The notes: generated by a model from the sequence alone, not told the origin. Positions 21,614 to 31,075 are shown, counted from the stretch's first letter. The stretch: DNA of 64,000 bases from Candidatus Falkowbacteria bacterium (GCA_026396835.1 JAPLWA010000005.1:7435-71434), one strand, 5' to 3'. Translations and numbers: made by a program.

Positions 21614-21824
21614 AGATTTCTTTGCCATGTCCTAGAAAAAGTCCGCCAGGGGCTATTTCCAAGATATGGTAAATTAATTATAAGCGGCACTCCTTAATTT
21701 ATGTAATTTGTGCCGTTCTCCAGCTTGTCTGGAGAATCTTGCCTAAACTCCGCAAAAAGAGGAAAGCAAGGTAAATCATACAACAAATTGAAAATAAAAT
21801 CAATACGTCGTACAATGTTAAGAT

Positions 21825-22778
21825 ATGCCTAAAGCTCCCCTAAAAAAGTCTCCGCTCGACCAAGCAATTATTGATTTTTTAGAGTACCTAGAAGTCGATC
21901 GCGGCCTAGCTATGCTAACTCTAAGAAATTATGATTTTTTCTTAAAACGCTTTGCCGCTTTTGCTCGTGAGCGCGGCGTTCTAAAACCTGAGAACATCAG
22001 TAAAATTTTAGTACATCAATTTAGACTTTACCTTAATCGCCTACCTTCACGCGGACCGGACAACATAAAAAAGAATACACAAAATTATCATTTAATTGCT
22101 TTGCGCACATTTTTGAAATACTTAATTAAGAATGATGTTAAAACCTTAGAGCCAGAAAAAATTGAATTAGCTAAACAAATGCCGCGCCAAGTTGATTTTC
22201 TCGAAGGTTCTGATTTAGAAAAAATATTAGAAGCTCCTTTGCATGACAAAAAGGACAGTCTCGCCGGCTTACGCGATAAAGCTTTATTAGAAACTTTATT
22301 TTCAACTGGCTTGCGTGTTAGTGAATTATCAAAATTAAAAATTGAAGAAATAAATTTAGCCAAACCAGAATTTACGGTCCGCGGAAAAGGTTCAAAAGTT
22401 CGTTTAGTTTTTCTATCAGAAAATTCTCGGCATTGGATTAAGAAATATTTAGCCGAGCGCACTGATCTAAATCCTTATTTGTTTATTAGTCATGGCAAAA
22501 TAAATATAATTGAAACAGAAAGTTGTTTAACGCCGCGCTCGATCGAAAGATTAGTAGCGCGCTATGCTCGTCTATCAGGTATCATGAAAAAGGTAACGCC
22601 ACATACAATGCGCCATAGCTATGCCACAGATTTACTGATGAACGGCGCCGATATTAGATCGGTCCAAGCCATGCTAGGTCATGCTTCAATCACCACCACT
22701 CAAGTTTATACTCACATAACAGATCAACAGTTGCGCGATGTTTATCAAGCATTTCATGGTAAGAAGAGAAGAAAGTGA
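21825..22778 (+). CDS. XerC/XerD-type tyrosine recombinase
   Basis: N-terminal SAM-like domain; TGLRVSEL, VRGKGSK, TPHTMRHSYAT, LGHASITTTQVYTH (complete R-K-H-R-H-Y set). Confidence 0.93.
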   Translation: MPKAPLKKSPLDQAIIDFLEYLEVDRGLAMLTLRNYDFFLKRFAAFARERGVLKPENISKILVHQFRLYLNRLPSRGPDNIKKNTQNYHLIALRTFLKYLIKNDVKTLEPEKIELAKQMPRQVDFLEGSDLEKILEAPLHDKKDSLAGLRDKALLETLFSTGLRVSELSKLKIEEINLAKPEFTVRGKGSKVRLVFLSENSRHWIKKYLAERTDLNPYLFISHGKINIIETESCLTPRSIERLVARYARLSGIMKKVTPHTMRHSYATDLLMNGADIRSVQAMLGHASITTTQVYTHITDQQLRDVYQAFHGKKRRK

Positions 22779-22785
22779 CACGCAG

Positions 22786-22809
22786 TGTCATCCTGAACTT
22801 GTTTCAGGA
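22786..22809. repeat. isolated REP-like palindrome
   Basis: TGTCATCCTGAACTTGTTTCAGGA hairpin just after the xer stop; single copy in the window. Confidence 0.45.
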
Positions 22810-22878
22810 GCCACTCCATGTCATTGACAATAAACAATTTTATTGTTATTTTAACACCAGCCCAGGGGGCTGAAATTA

Positions 22879-22950
22879 GTCCTCGTAGTTCAATGGATAG
22901 AACAGGAGACTTCTAATCTCTAGATCTAGGTCCGATTCCTAGCGAGGGCA
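22879..22950 (+). tRNA. tRNA-Arg(UCU)
   Basis: Acceptor GTCCTCG/CGAGGGC, anticodon loop CT-TCT-AA, T arm CTAGG-TCCGATT-CCTAG; CCA not encoded; promoter TTGACA at 22824. Confidence 0.92.
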
Positions 22951-22972
22951 CACGAAGATAAGTGAAAAATAT

Positions 22973-23512
22973 ATGACCTGGCTTCTGTATATACTTGTTG
23001 TTATTTTCACTGTTAGTATTATCTTCTTAGCGGTTCAGTTTTTTAACATTCTCTTTCGCGGTCAAGCGCCATTCATTTCAACAAAAAAGCGCATTCTACT
23101 TCAAATCTCAAAAGGAATTAAGATTAAACCTAATGAGGTATTCTATGAGCTAGGGGCTGGTCGAGCCTGCCTTTTGGGTCTTATGTCTAAAGAGCAGCCG
23201 CAAGCTCAATTTGTCGCTTTGGAGTATGCAATTTTACCCTATCTTTTAGCTTGTCTTCGCTATGCTTTTTCAAAAAGCGATATCCGCATTAAGCGACAAA
23301 ACATGTTTTTAGCAAACTTGAACAATGCTAATTATATCTATTGCTATCTTAACAGAGAGATGATGATAAAGCTTGAAAAGAAGTTTACGAATGAATGTAA
23401 ACCTGATACGGTTATTATTAGTTATCAATTTGTGATGCCACATTTTCGTCCATATAAAATAATTACGGCTAGCAAAAGTGAGAAAATTTATTTCTACCGC
23501 CTTGAGCGGTAA
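22973..23512 (+). CDS. class I SAM-dependent methyltransferase-like protein
   Basis: N-terminal TM, APFIST, YELGAGRA, IYCYL motifs. Confidence 0.8.
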   Translation: MTWLLYILVVIFTVSIIFLAVQFFNILFRGQAPFISTKKRILLQISKGIKIKPNEVFYELGAGRACLLGLMSKEQPQAQFVALEYAILPYLLACLRYAFSKSDIRIKRQNMFLANLNNANYIYCYLNREMMIKLEKKFTNECKPDTVIISYQFVMPHFRPYKIITASKSEKIYFYRLER

Positions 23513-23517
23513 CATAT

Positions 23518-23589
23518 GGTGCCTATAGTTTAATGGTAGAACATCGGGTTGTGGTCCCGTCAGCGAGGGTTCGATTCCCTCTAGGCACC
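23518..23589 (+). tRNA. tRNA-His(GUG)
   Basis: G-1, acceptor GTGCCTA/TAGGCAC, C73, anticodon loop TT-GTG-GT, T arm GAGGG-TTCGATT-CCCTC. Confidence 0.95.
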
Positions 23590-23709
23590 CATTTTACAGG
23601 AGTTTATAAACTCATTTCCATCAGTGTTTACAGGGCTTTCTTAATAGAAGGCCTTTGCAATTTTAAAAACAAATATAAAAAATGACATCTATTTTATATG
23701 GGGTCAAAA

Positions 23710-24291
23710 TCATAACTGCTCAGATAATGTGGCAAACAATTCGATAAAACTACTCCTTATTTTTCTCTCAGTAACCCCGTTAAAGATCGCATCAAAATCA
23801 TGATCTTTTAATTCAGATGCCTTCTTATTGAACTGTCTTTGAAACTCATCTTTGCAATAAGCTCTAAAGTTGACCAAGCTACTGAATTCGGCTGGATTCC
23901 GAGGATCCTTGCCTGCAAAATTCAACATCAAGTGCTCAGAGTTAAACTCTATAAACTGAACTATATCACCGCTTTGCCTTACAAGATCTTCTATAGCAGG
24001 AGAATCATCAAGATCTTTGTCTAAAACAAAAAATAATTTTTGACCCTTATATCTTCCATCGTTTTTTATCAAACGAAATTTGTTTTCAAAATCAGATAAA
24101 TTTCCAGCACCATCTAATTTACCCCTTGATATTCCAGCGCTTGCAATATCAACTTTGTCACTAAACTTAATATTTGATTTAGCAAAAAGTTCTCTATATC
24201 TATTCTTTGTTAAGTAGCTAAAAAGATTATATTCCGTTGTTCCTTCGCTAACTAATAAATAATATACATCAAAACTTTTCTTGACGCTCAT
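23710..24291 (-). CDS. RloB-like (TOPRIM-type) protein
   Basis: LLVSEGTTEYN and FFVLDKD acidic motifs; coupled downstream of an AAA ATPase. Confidence 0.65.
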   Translation of the reverse strand: MSVKKSFDVYYLLVSEGTTEYNLFSYLTKNRYRELFAKSNIKFSDKVDIASAGISRGKLDGAGNLSDFENKFRLIKNDGRYKGQKLFFVLDKDLDDSPAIEDLVRQSGDIVQFIEFNSEHLMLNFAGKDPRNPAEFSSLVNFRAYCKDEFQRQFNKKASELKDHDFDAIFNGVTERKIRSSFIELFATLSEQL

Positions 24292-24296
24292 AAGTC

Positions 24297-25583
24297 TTAA
24301 AGTAAGTTATTTATTATTCTATTAAAATCAATCGTGTCAGGAACTCCCCCGAGAGACCCGAAGCGGTATATTCTTTTAATGTTGTCTCGTTCTTTTACAT
24401 CATAATCCGACACCTTTGATACTATGATATTATCATCTTTTTTTTCTAATATATGAGCTTGATCATTTTGAAGAATATCAAAGGTTTCATGATTGTGTGA
24501 CGAGAAAAATATTTGTGCATTATTTTTGTTAATATCCTTATCTTTAAAGAGATTGAGTAGCGCGATCTCCATGTCTGGATGATAATATTTACTTGTTTCG
24601 TCATATACGACAATACCACCCACTTTTATTATTCTAAGAACCTCACTTATATAAGAAATAAGCTCTCGTGTTCCTGCAGAAAGCTCCATTACACCAAGCT
24701 CTTTATAAAAGTTATTATACTTTGCGTCGTATTTAATACTAAAAGAACCATTAGTAGGATTACTATTAGAATAATTATCACCAATTTTTTCTATATTGAG
24801 TTTCTCGAAGGATGGTTCAAAATATTTAACAACAGAATTAACGGCGTTAATTTTTTCGCCAGCTATTTTTGAATCGCTATTAAGATAGTTAATCGCAAAA
24901 GCCATTAATCCGCTTATATTATTTTGTCCCATTTGAACAGATCGTTTATCAGTAATAAAACAAACCTCAGTCTTTATTTTCTTAAGTCCGGAGACTCCAA
25001 TTTCTTCCTTTAGGTTGCCGAATACAGATATATCAGAGCTATCATCTAAGAGAATAGAAAGAAATGATGATTTTTTAGGCGCCACAATATTTTCAGCTAA
25101 TGACGCTATCTTCCTTTTTATGCTTGCCTCAAATGAAATATTGTGATTTTCTCTCGTAAATACCTTTTTATTATTTTTAAATAAAATTTCTCGAGAAATC
25201 TCTTTGCCTTCATTTGTGATTGAAAATGAATAGCAATACTTATCTTCATCAATTATAAAATCCATCTCCATCTCAATAGGCTTTAATTGCATTGAGATGT
25301 GATAATTGGGTAGAGCTAGTACAATATCCTGTTTTATGCCATTTGGAGCAATCACAAAATCTTGCTGTCTTGTAAACATAACTCTGATTATCGTATCTAT
25401 GAGGTTTAATATTGTGCTTTTCCCTGATGCGTTTGCACCATAAAAACCAGATATAAGAGAGACTCTCTCTTTCCCCGCATTTACATATCCGATTTTTTCT
25501 TTCTCTCCGCCCTCAATAAAACTAACCTCTACAGTATCTTTAACCCCATAAAAATTGCTTGCCTTAATTCTTGTGATTAACAT
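24297..25583 (-). CDS. AAA_21/RloA-AbiLi-like ABC-type ATPase
   Basis: YGANASGKS Walker A, LSAGT signature, VVYDE Walker B, AQIFFSSHN, YRFGSLGGVP; start MLITRIK. Confidence 0.85.
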   Translation of the reverse strand: MLITRIKASNFYGVKDTVEVSFIEGGEKEKIGYVNAGKERVSLISGFYGANASGKSTILNLIDTIIRVMFTRQQDFVIAPNGIKQDIVLALPNYHISMQLKPIEMEMDFIIDEDKYCYSFSITNEGKEISREILFKNNKKVFTRENHNISFEASIKRKIASLAENIVAPKKSSFLSILLDDSSDISVFGNLKEEIGVSGLKKIKTEVCFITDKRSVQMGQNNISGLMAFAINYLNSDSKIAGEKINAVNSVVKYFEPSFEKLNIEKIGDNYSNSNPTNGSFSIKYDAKYNNFYKELGVMELSAGTRELISYISEVLRIIKVGGIVVYDETSKYYHPDMEIALLNLFKDKDINKNNAQIFFSSHNHETFDILQNDQAHILEKKDDNIIVSKVSDYDVKERDNIKRIYRFGSLGGVPDTIDFNRIINNLL

Positions 25584-25762
25584 ATTTTTTATATAAATGA
25601 CATTATTTTGTAATAATATAATATATATTATCACAGATATATTTATAAGTCAAGTATTTTGACAAAAAAGTGTCATTTTCCTATAAGTTCAGTAAAAATA
25701 GTTCTAATTTTTGCTAAAAATCATTGCCATTTTAGAAAGTAGATAGCCCGAGAAAATAATAT

Positions 25763-25821
25763 TATAAGATAAGTTCATCAACGACCCATTTCAAAATTCA
25801 GCTCTTTTCGGGCTGTTTTTT
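25763..25821 (+). repeat. cassette-boundary motif R1 + terminator
   Basis: TATAAGATAAGTTCATCAACGACCC-ATTTCAAAATT-CAGCTCTTTTCGGGCTGTTTTTT. Confidence 0.85.
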
Positions 25822-25879
25822 GTTATAAAATTGTTAGACCCTAGTGGGAGTTGAATATAAAAGATATAATAGTATTAAT

Positions 25880-26191
25880 ATGTTTAATTCTAAAAAAGTA
25901 AAAATTATTTTAACCAGTATTTTAATTACCTTAATATTAATTAGTATTTTAATCATTATTAATCTAGATAGACTCAGAATATATCCAGTTGAACCAGCTG
26001 TAAGCCCTGAGGCTCAAAATAAATTTAATGCGTGCTTAGTTGATGTTGCTAGTCGTTATGGGGAGCAAAGACAATTAATAAAGCATGACCCAAAAAATAC
26101 TTATGGATTAGACACCTTATTAAAAGAATTAGATGAACGTGAGAATAAAGCTGAAATAGATTGTTATAAATTTATTTCTCCGTCGTTGTAA
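25880..26191 (+). CDS. hypothetical single-TM protein
   Basis: ATG at 25880 after TATAAT; N-terminal TM. Confidence 0.65.
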   Translation: MFNSKKVKIILTSILITLILISILIIINLDRLRIYPVEPAVSPEAQNKFNACLVDVASRYGEQRQLIKHDPKNTYGLDTLLKELDERENKAEIDCYKFISPSL

Positions 26192-26307
26192 TAAACTTGT
26201 TTACCAAACAATCCATCAAAATAGTTTTCTCCGTCAAAGACGGACAGGTAACTTTCTTGATTGCTTGCCCTAAAACGTGTAAAAAATTGAGATGCTAAAA
26301 TATAAAT

Positions 26308-26568
26308 ATGAATAAAGAAACTACAATAAAACTACTAGGCTATACAGGAACAATTGTTGCTATTATAATGTTTTTATCTTTAATCGAAATTGCTAGGGCA
26401 AACATGAGTGGTCAGACTCATATTATTATCCAGCCATTGGCTACTATTCTTAATTGTTCGATTTGGTCAACATACGCCATTCTCAATAAAGACAAATTTG
26501 TCTTTATGGCAAATATGCCAGGGGTCTTACTTGGTGTCTTTACTGTTATTACTGCTTTGGTAAAATAG
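26308..26568 (+). CDS. SemiSWEET family sugar transporter
   Basis: 86 aa, three TM, NCSIWSTYA..ANMPG. Confidence 0.8.
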   Translation: MNKETTIKLLGYTGTIVAIIMFLSLIEIARANMSGQTHIIIQPLATILNCSIWSTYAILNKDKFVFMANMPGVLLGVFTVITALVK

Positions 26569-26620
26569 AATCATTAACTAAGTAATCAATAAAAAGATAA
26601 AAAATAAATACTATTTTAAT

Positions 26621-26938
26621 ATGGAATTCAAGAAATTACAAAATAACGTTGCAAAAGTATTTTTAAATAATTTAAAAAGAGATAACATCAAACTAAGTGA
26701 TGATTATTTAATTTTAAAATTAACGGAAGAGCTTGGTGAATTTGTTCAATCATATCTAATGCATAAAAAAAGATGTAGACCAGAAAAACATGTATCCGAA
26801 AAAGAATCAAAAAGACTAACATCCAAAGAATTAGCCGACGTACTTGGCTTAGTACTGGTTATCTCTAAAAATTTAAAAATCGATGTAGAAGAGGCTTTAG
26901 TCAAAAAATGGATAACTAGAGAGTGGATTAAAAAATAA
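26621..26938 (+). CDS. MazG-like nucleotide pyrophosphohydrolase
   Basis: KLTEELGE ... ELADV motifs. Confidence 0.85.
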   Translation: MEFKKLQNNVAKVFLNNLKRDNIKLSDDYLILKLTEELGEFVQSYLMHKKRCRPEKHVSEKESKRLTSKELADVLGLVLVISKNLKIDVEEALVKKWITREWIKK

Positions 26939-26945
26939 ATCGAAG

Positions 26946-27012
26946 TATAAGATAAGTTCATAAACGACCCTTGTGATACAATAAAAACACCTTCTTTTTG
27001 GAGGTGTTTTTT
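26946..27012 (+). repeat. cassette-boundary motif R2 + terminator
   Basis: TATAAGATAAGTTCATAAACGACCC then AAAAACACCTTC..GGAGGTGTTTTT. Confidence 0.85.
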
Positions 27013-27059
27013 GTTTGGTGCTATAATTTAACTATAAACTAATTAATATTTTATTTTAT

Positions 27060-27629
27060 ATGGGTAACAATCAATCTACTGAGGCAAGCACCATGCCAGC
27101 AGAACAAGCTAATAATATTCAAGAGCGTGATAAAATTGATTTCTACTTTATAGTTTTCATGATACTTGGAGTTCCTTTTTTAAGCTTTTATTTTGTTTTT
27201 GGATCTCCTATCTTTACTGGTTATTTTTCTGAAATAAGAGACGAAGGATATGGGGCGATACTCCCGGCTATTTTTATGACATTTGTTTTGCCGTATATAA
27301 TAAACATTGTGCTAAATAGCATATTAAGCCTATATGTTTCTACTAAAAAGGGGGTATATATTATAAATTTTATAAGCCTTGTTATTCTTGCTTTTATAGA
27401 ATTTTTTATTTTAAGTAATTATTATCTATCGTCAAGTGGACTTATGAGCTCCGTAAAATATTTTTTAGATACTTTTTTAATGGTGATTTCTTTTTGTCTG
27501 ATGTTGTTGTTATATATTAGATTAAGAAGTGTCCCGAGAAGCGATACTACAAGAAATAAAAAAATACTTACTGGTCTGGTCATCTCTGCATACTTAGCTT
27601 TTTTAGTTTTAATTAGCGGTGCTATATAA
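27060..27629 (+). CDS. hypothetical multi-TM protein
   Basis: 189 aa, about five hydrophobic segments. Confidence 0.7.
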   Translation: MGNNQSTEASTMPAEQANNIQERDKIDFYFIVFMILGVPFLSFYFVFGSPIFTGYFSEIRDEGYGAILPAIFMTFVLPYIINIVLNSILSLYVSTKKGVYIINFISLVILAFIEFFILSNYYLSSSGLMSSVKYFLDTFLMVISFCLMLLLYIRLRSVPRSDTTRNKKILTGLVISAYLAFLVLISGAI

Positions 27630-27745
27630 TTAGCTTTTAAAAATCTTAACCCATCACATAGTTATAACTTTTTTAATAATTTTTTTAACCATCCCTCCCA
27701 CTACCGCCCCATTTGATACTATATTTATAACCAAACCCCAACTTG

Positions 27746-27782
27746 GACCCAAATACAAAATAGCCCTTTTTGGGCTGTTTTT
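27746..27782 (+). repeat. partial cassette-boundary motif R3 + terminator
   Basis: GACCCAAATACAAAATAGCCCTTTTTGGGCTGTTTTT, nearly identical to the right half of R7. Confidence 0.75.
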
Positions 27783-27816
27783 ATTTATTATCAAAGTTAG
27801 CTATACTTAATAATAT

Positions 27817-28593
27817 ATGAACAACAAAGAAGGTCTGCTAGCTCAAGATCCCAACAACGAAAAGGGCTATTTTGAGCAGGAACTATGGCAAAAGAAAACG
27901 CATTTCTTGGACGTGGTCCGAAAAAGTCTTGAGGCAAACACCGATGATTCTCTTGAAGAGAAAGAAAATCACTTAGAAAAAATCGGTGAAGCATTAGCCT
28001 TGTCCTTAGAAATACACAAGGATCAAGCACCGCGCGAAGACGGTCCATACGTCTTTCATGTTCTGCGCGTCGCCACTCGCTTAGTAGAAGAATTTGGTAT
28101 TACTAATCAAGAAAATATTATTGCCGCTTTGTTGCATGATTCAATTGAAGATCAGTCCGAAGCCTTAGCAAAGCTTTCTCAAGGAGACGGGTCCGTAAAA
28201 AATAAGGCCTTATCATATCTAGAACATACTTTTGGTAAACGTGTTCGCGATATTGTTCTAAAGTTGTGTAATCCTGATATTGATAAATCCCAGCCAAAAC
28301 AGGTTTATCTAGATGACTATGCGCAGCATATTCGTGAAGCGACCGAAGACCTGGCAGTACTATCAATTAAACTTTCTGACTTTATGGATAATGGCTTGAA
28401 TCTAGACTCTATCAAGGATAACAGCAAGCGTCTCTGGTATAGTCAAAAATATTTACCAGTAATGGAAATATTTACTGAGCGACTCAATGAACATCCCTCT
28501 GTTTTCAGTCTTGAAAAAACCAACGAGATTAAAGCTATTTTGGTGGCAGAAGCAGACAAAACAAAAGATTTTATTGCTAGCTTTCTAGACTAA
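27817..28593 (+). CDS. HD-domain protein (RelA/SpoT hydrolase, Mesh1-like)
   Basis: HKDQ..R..GPYVFHVLRVA, AALLHDSIED, IKLSDFMDN. Confidence 0.8.
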   Translation: MNNKEGLLAQDPNNEKGYFEQELWQKKTHFLDVVRKSLEANTDDSLEEKENHLEKIGEALALSLEIHKDQAPREDGPYVFHVLRVATRLVEEFGITNQENIIAALLHDSIEDQSEALAKLSQGDGSVKNKALSYLEHTFGKRVRDIVLKLCNPDIDKSQPKQVYLDDYAQHIREATEDLAVLSIKLSDFMDNGLNLDSIKDNSKRLWYSQKYLPVMEIFTERLNEHPSVFSLEKTNEIKAILVAEADKTKDFIASFLD

Positions 28594-28600
28594 ATAAAAA

Positions 28601-28671
28601 TATAAAATAAGTTCATAAACGACCATTTAAAAATCAGTCCCGTATAGCGCAAGCTTTTACGGGACTATTTT
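28601..28671 (+). repeat. cassette-boundary motif R4 + terminator
   Basis: TATAAAATAAGTTCATAAACGACCA then AGTCCCGTA..TACGGGACT. Confidence 0.8.
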
Positions 28672-28732
28672 TATTTTTTACAAAAAGAGCCACCCGCTAA
28701 AAACCTTGCGGGTGGCTAAATATATTGGAGAT

Positions 28733-29029
28733 CTAAAGGCTTTCGTCATTGCCGTCAAATTCGCTCTTCGCATCTGGATGATTTTTCTTCCATCGGTCGA
28801 TTACAAATTGCGGAATTTTAAGATTTTTAACGACCTTACCGCAAATCGGGCATTTTACAGAAAAATACTCGTGCTTAGCGTGCGTTCCAAAATAATGAAA
28901 CAAATTCACATCAACATCGGAAATTTCAAACTCGGTATCACAATTATCTATCTTAAGAGTTTTATCGCCCGTGCACTTTGCCTTGGATTCCCAAGGTTTT
29001 TCTAAATCTGACTTTTTAACAAGTGTCAT
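28733..29029 (-). CDS. small Cys-containing (putative zinc ribbon) protein
   Basis: AAGGAG SD; C..C and CPICG motifs. Confidence 0.7.
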   Translation of the reverse strand: MTLVKKSDLEKPWESKAKCTGDKTLKIDNCDTEFEISDVDVNLFHYFGTHAKHEYFSVKCPICGKVVKNLKIPQFVIDRWKKNHPDAKSEFDGNDESL

Positions 29030-29196
29030 AATACTTCTCCTTAGATTATTTTTTTATTTAGTTAATTATTTCTGGCGCCATAACCAAAAACAATTAACCA
29101 AATATTTATTAATGAACGATAGGCTAGAATATCATTTATTTTGATTTTTGTCAATGATATCTCTCGCTATAAGATTAACTCCCAGTATGTCTATTG

Positions 29197-29247
29197 AAAA
29201 GCTCGTCAGCGACCCGCTTTAAAACCAGCCCCTCTTGGGCTGTTTTT
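29197..29247 (+). repeat. cassette-boundary motif R5 + terminator
   Basis: AAAAGCTCGTCAGCGACCC-GCTTTAAAAC-CAGCCCCTCTTGGGCTGTTTTT. Confidence 0.75.
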
Positions 29248-29288
29248 ATTTTATTGAACAATAATCATTTATATATTAAGATGACAAT

Positions 29289-29360
29289 GATGTGGTAGCC
29301 AAGTGGTTAAGGCGTTTGTCCGCAAGATAAATATCGTAGGTTCGACTCCTACCCACATCT
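29289..29360 (+). tRNA. tRNA-Cys(GCA)-like RNA with atypical anticodon loop
   Basis: Acceptor GATGTGG/CCACATC, U73, D arm GCC-AAGTGGTTAA-GGC, anticodon stem TTTGT/ATAAA, loop CC-GCA-AG (C33, G38), T arm GTAGG-TTCGACT-CCTAC. Confidence 0.85.
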
Positions 29361-29362
29361 CT

Positions 29363-30313
29363 ATGACAGCACAACAATACATTGAGCAAAGACTAAACGG
29401 GATAAAAGATAAAAAAATAGAGCAAGATGGAAATCTTGTTGATTTTATTTTTACAACCATAATGTCTAAAAAGTTTAGAAAATACAGTGTAAGTCCCGTG
29501 GCTAATGACATAGTCCGTAAAGCAATAGAATTAAGTATTCAAAATAACGAACCAATAAAAATTGCTATTCCCTATGGTTCATATAAATTATGGAGATTAG
29601 AAGAAAGTCCCGAACCTGATTGGGCTGAATTATTTGCCATGATTTATTATGCTTACTGGCTAAAACCCATAACAGATGTCTATGAGCCGGGAGTTTGGTT
29701 TGATTTTTGCGGCGACGATGCAATTTTAGAATTAATGAATAATATTCCTGAAGAAGACACTAAGCAATATAAAAAAGTATTTCGAGATTTAATAGCTTTT
29801 ATACAAAATTATTTGCCTAATAATTTTAAATTTACGTTTAGCCCTGTTGGCGAGCGCTATGACTCGAAACAAGATTTCCTTGACGACCTTAATCAAAAAA
29901 TAGATGAGCTCAAACAGAAAGGTCTACCGCCTTTAACTGAAAGACAAATCGAGATGATAGATTTCAATGTAAAATTAAAACCAGGGGAAAAAATTAATTA
30001 TCAAGACAATCAACTTTTACACGATGCCTACATGGCGGTAAGCAAAAGAAGACCTCGCCACAAACAAGCTGATAAAATAGTTATATGTTGTACTCCTTTT
30101 GGCGATAGAACTAGCTTACCAATGGGAACCACTAAAACTTCGGTTGTTAAATTTCAAACAGGTGCCGGCGTACTTCATAAAGAAAAGGATGCTTTTATGG
30201 AATATATTTATTCGCCCTCACAATTGCAAAACAAAAAATACATCTTTGAGCCTATTAGTATTGTAGGTCTGTCTGGTAAAAATTTTAAAACCATACGAAT
30301 AATTAGCAATTAA
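29363..30313 (+). CDS. PvcA/DIT1 (isonitrile synthase)-like protein, function uncertain
   Basis: PIKIAIPYGSYK..PEPDWAELFAM..L..I..VYEPGV.F...DD resembles the PI.F.LP.FP.K..LPD.AE..AL..I...Y.PG...SD pattern of PvcA; the ORF-track GTG start lies inside the tRNA, so ATG 29363 is used. Confidence 0.55.
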   Translation: MTAQQYIEQRLNGIKDKKIEQDGNLVDFIFTTIMSKKFRKYSVSPVANDIVRKAIELSIQNNEPIKIAIPYGSYKLWRLEESPEPDWAELFAMIYYAYWLKPITDVYEPGVWFDFCGDDAILELMNNIPEEDTKQYKKVFRDLIAFIQNYLPNNFKFTFSPVGERYDSKQDFLDDLNQKIDELKQKGLPPLTERQIEMIDFNVKLKPGEKINYQDNQLLHDAYMAVSKRRPRHKQADKIVICCTPFGDRTSLPMGTTKTSVVKFQTGAGVLHKEKDAFMEYIYSPSQLQNKKYIFEPISIVGLSGKNFKTIRIISN

Positions 30314-30316
30314 CAC

Positions 30317-31072
30317 GTGAATAATTTAGAACTAGAATTTAATAGCATAGTGAGTGAGGCCGAAAATGATTCTAACGTTTTAGGAATGATTTTAGTTGGC
30401 TCGCGTGGTAAAGGATTTGAAAATGAGCACTCTGATTTTGACGCCATAATAATTTTAAGCGACAAAGCGAGCGAAGAAATTATGCAACAGTATAAAAATA
30501 AAAAATCCGTTGACATGGATTTAAATATTTTCACGCTGACTGATTTTAAAAATTACGCTACCTGGGATAGTTCTATGGCTTGGGATAGATATACTTTTGC
30601 TCATGTAAAAATATTGATAAACAAAATAGAAAATCTAGAAGAGCTTATTAAAGATAAGGGCTATATACCAAGTGATAAACAAAAACAATTTATTGAATGG
30701 TGGATTGATGGTTATATTAACGGCGTGTTTCGTTCTATTAAAGCCTTGCGCAATAAAAACGAATTCGGCGCCCGTCTCGAAGCTACTAATTCAATCCTTG
30801 ATCTATTAACTTTGGTTTTTGGAATTAACGGTCGACATCGACCTTTTCTTGGTTATACTGAAAAAGAATTACTAAAATATCCTTTAGAAAAACTACCCTG
30901 GGAACATAATGATTTTATTAAATTGATTTCTATTGTTTTAGAAACGAGCGATTTAAAAACTCAACAAAAACTTTTGCAAGACACTGAAAATTGGTGTATT
31001 GAATTAGGCTATGGTCATATCATTGATGCCTGGGAAGGCAAAGATAAATGGGCTATCAACTTAACCTTATAA
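30317..31072 (+). CDS. Pol-beta-superfamily nucleotidyltransferase domain protein
   Basis: GMILVGSRGKG..SDFD motif plus helical C-terminal domain. Confidence 0.8.
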   Translation: MNNLELEFNSIVSEAENDSNVLGMILVGSRGKGFENEHSDFDAIIILSDKASEEIMQQYKNKKSVDMDLNIFTLTDFKNYATWDSSMAWDRYTFAHVKILINKIENLEELIKDKGYIPSDKQKQFIEWWIDGYINGVFRSIKALRNKNEFGARLEATNSILDLLTLVFGINGRHRPFLGYTEKELLKYPLEKLPWEHNDFIKLISIVLETSDLKTQQKLLQDTENWCIELGYGHIIDAWEGKDKWAINLTL

Positions 31073-31075
31073 ATT

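Noticed and set aside
21825..22778. Prophage integrase
   Set aside because: Looks like a chromosomal Xer in a housekeeping context; no phage structural or replication genes in the window.
22926..22942. tRNA-Arg as a pseudogene because the T loop is TCCGATT
   Set aside because: All stems pair and a promoter is present; one T-loop change is not enough.
25768..25788. Boundary motif as a coding remnant (translates DKFINDP)
   Set aside because: An in-frame TAA directly precedes it in R1 and R2, and there is no conserved upstream ORF.
29303..29362. ORF-track N-terminus MVKAFVRKIN..
   Set aside because: It lies inside the tRNA cloverleaf; ATG 29363 is more plausible.
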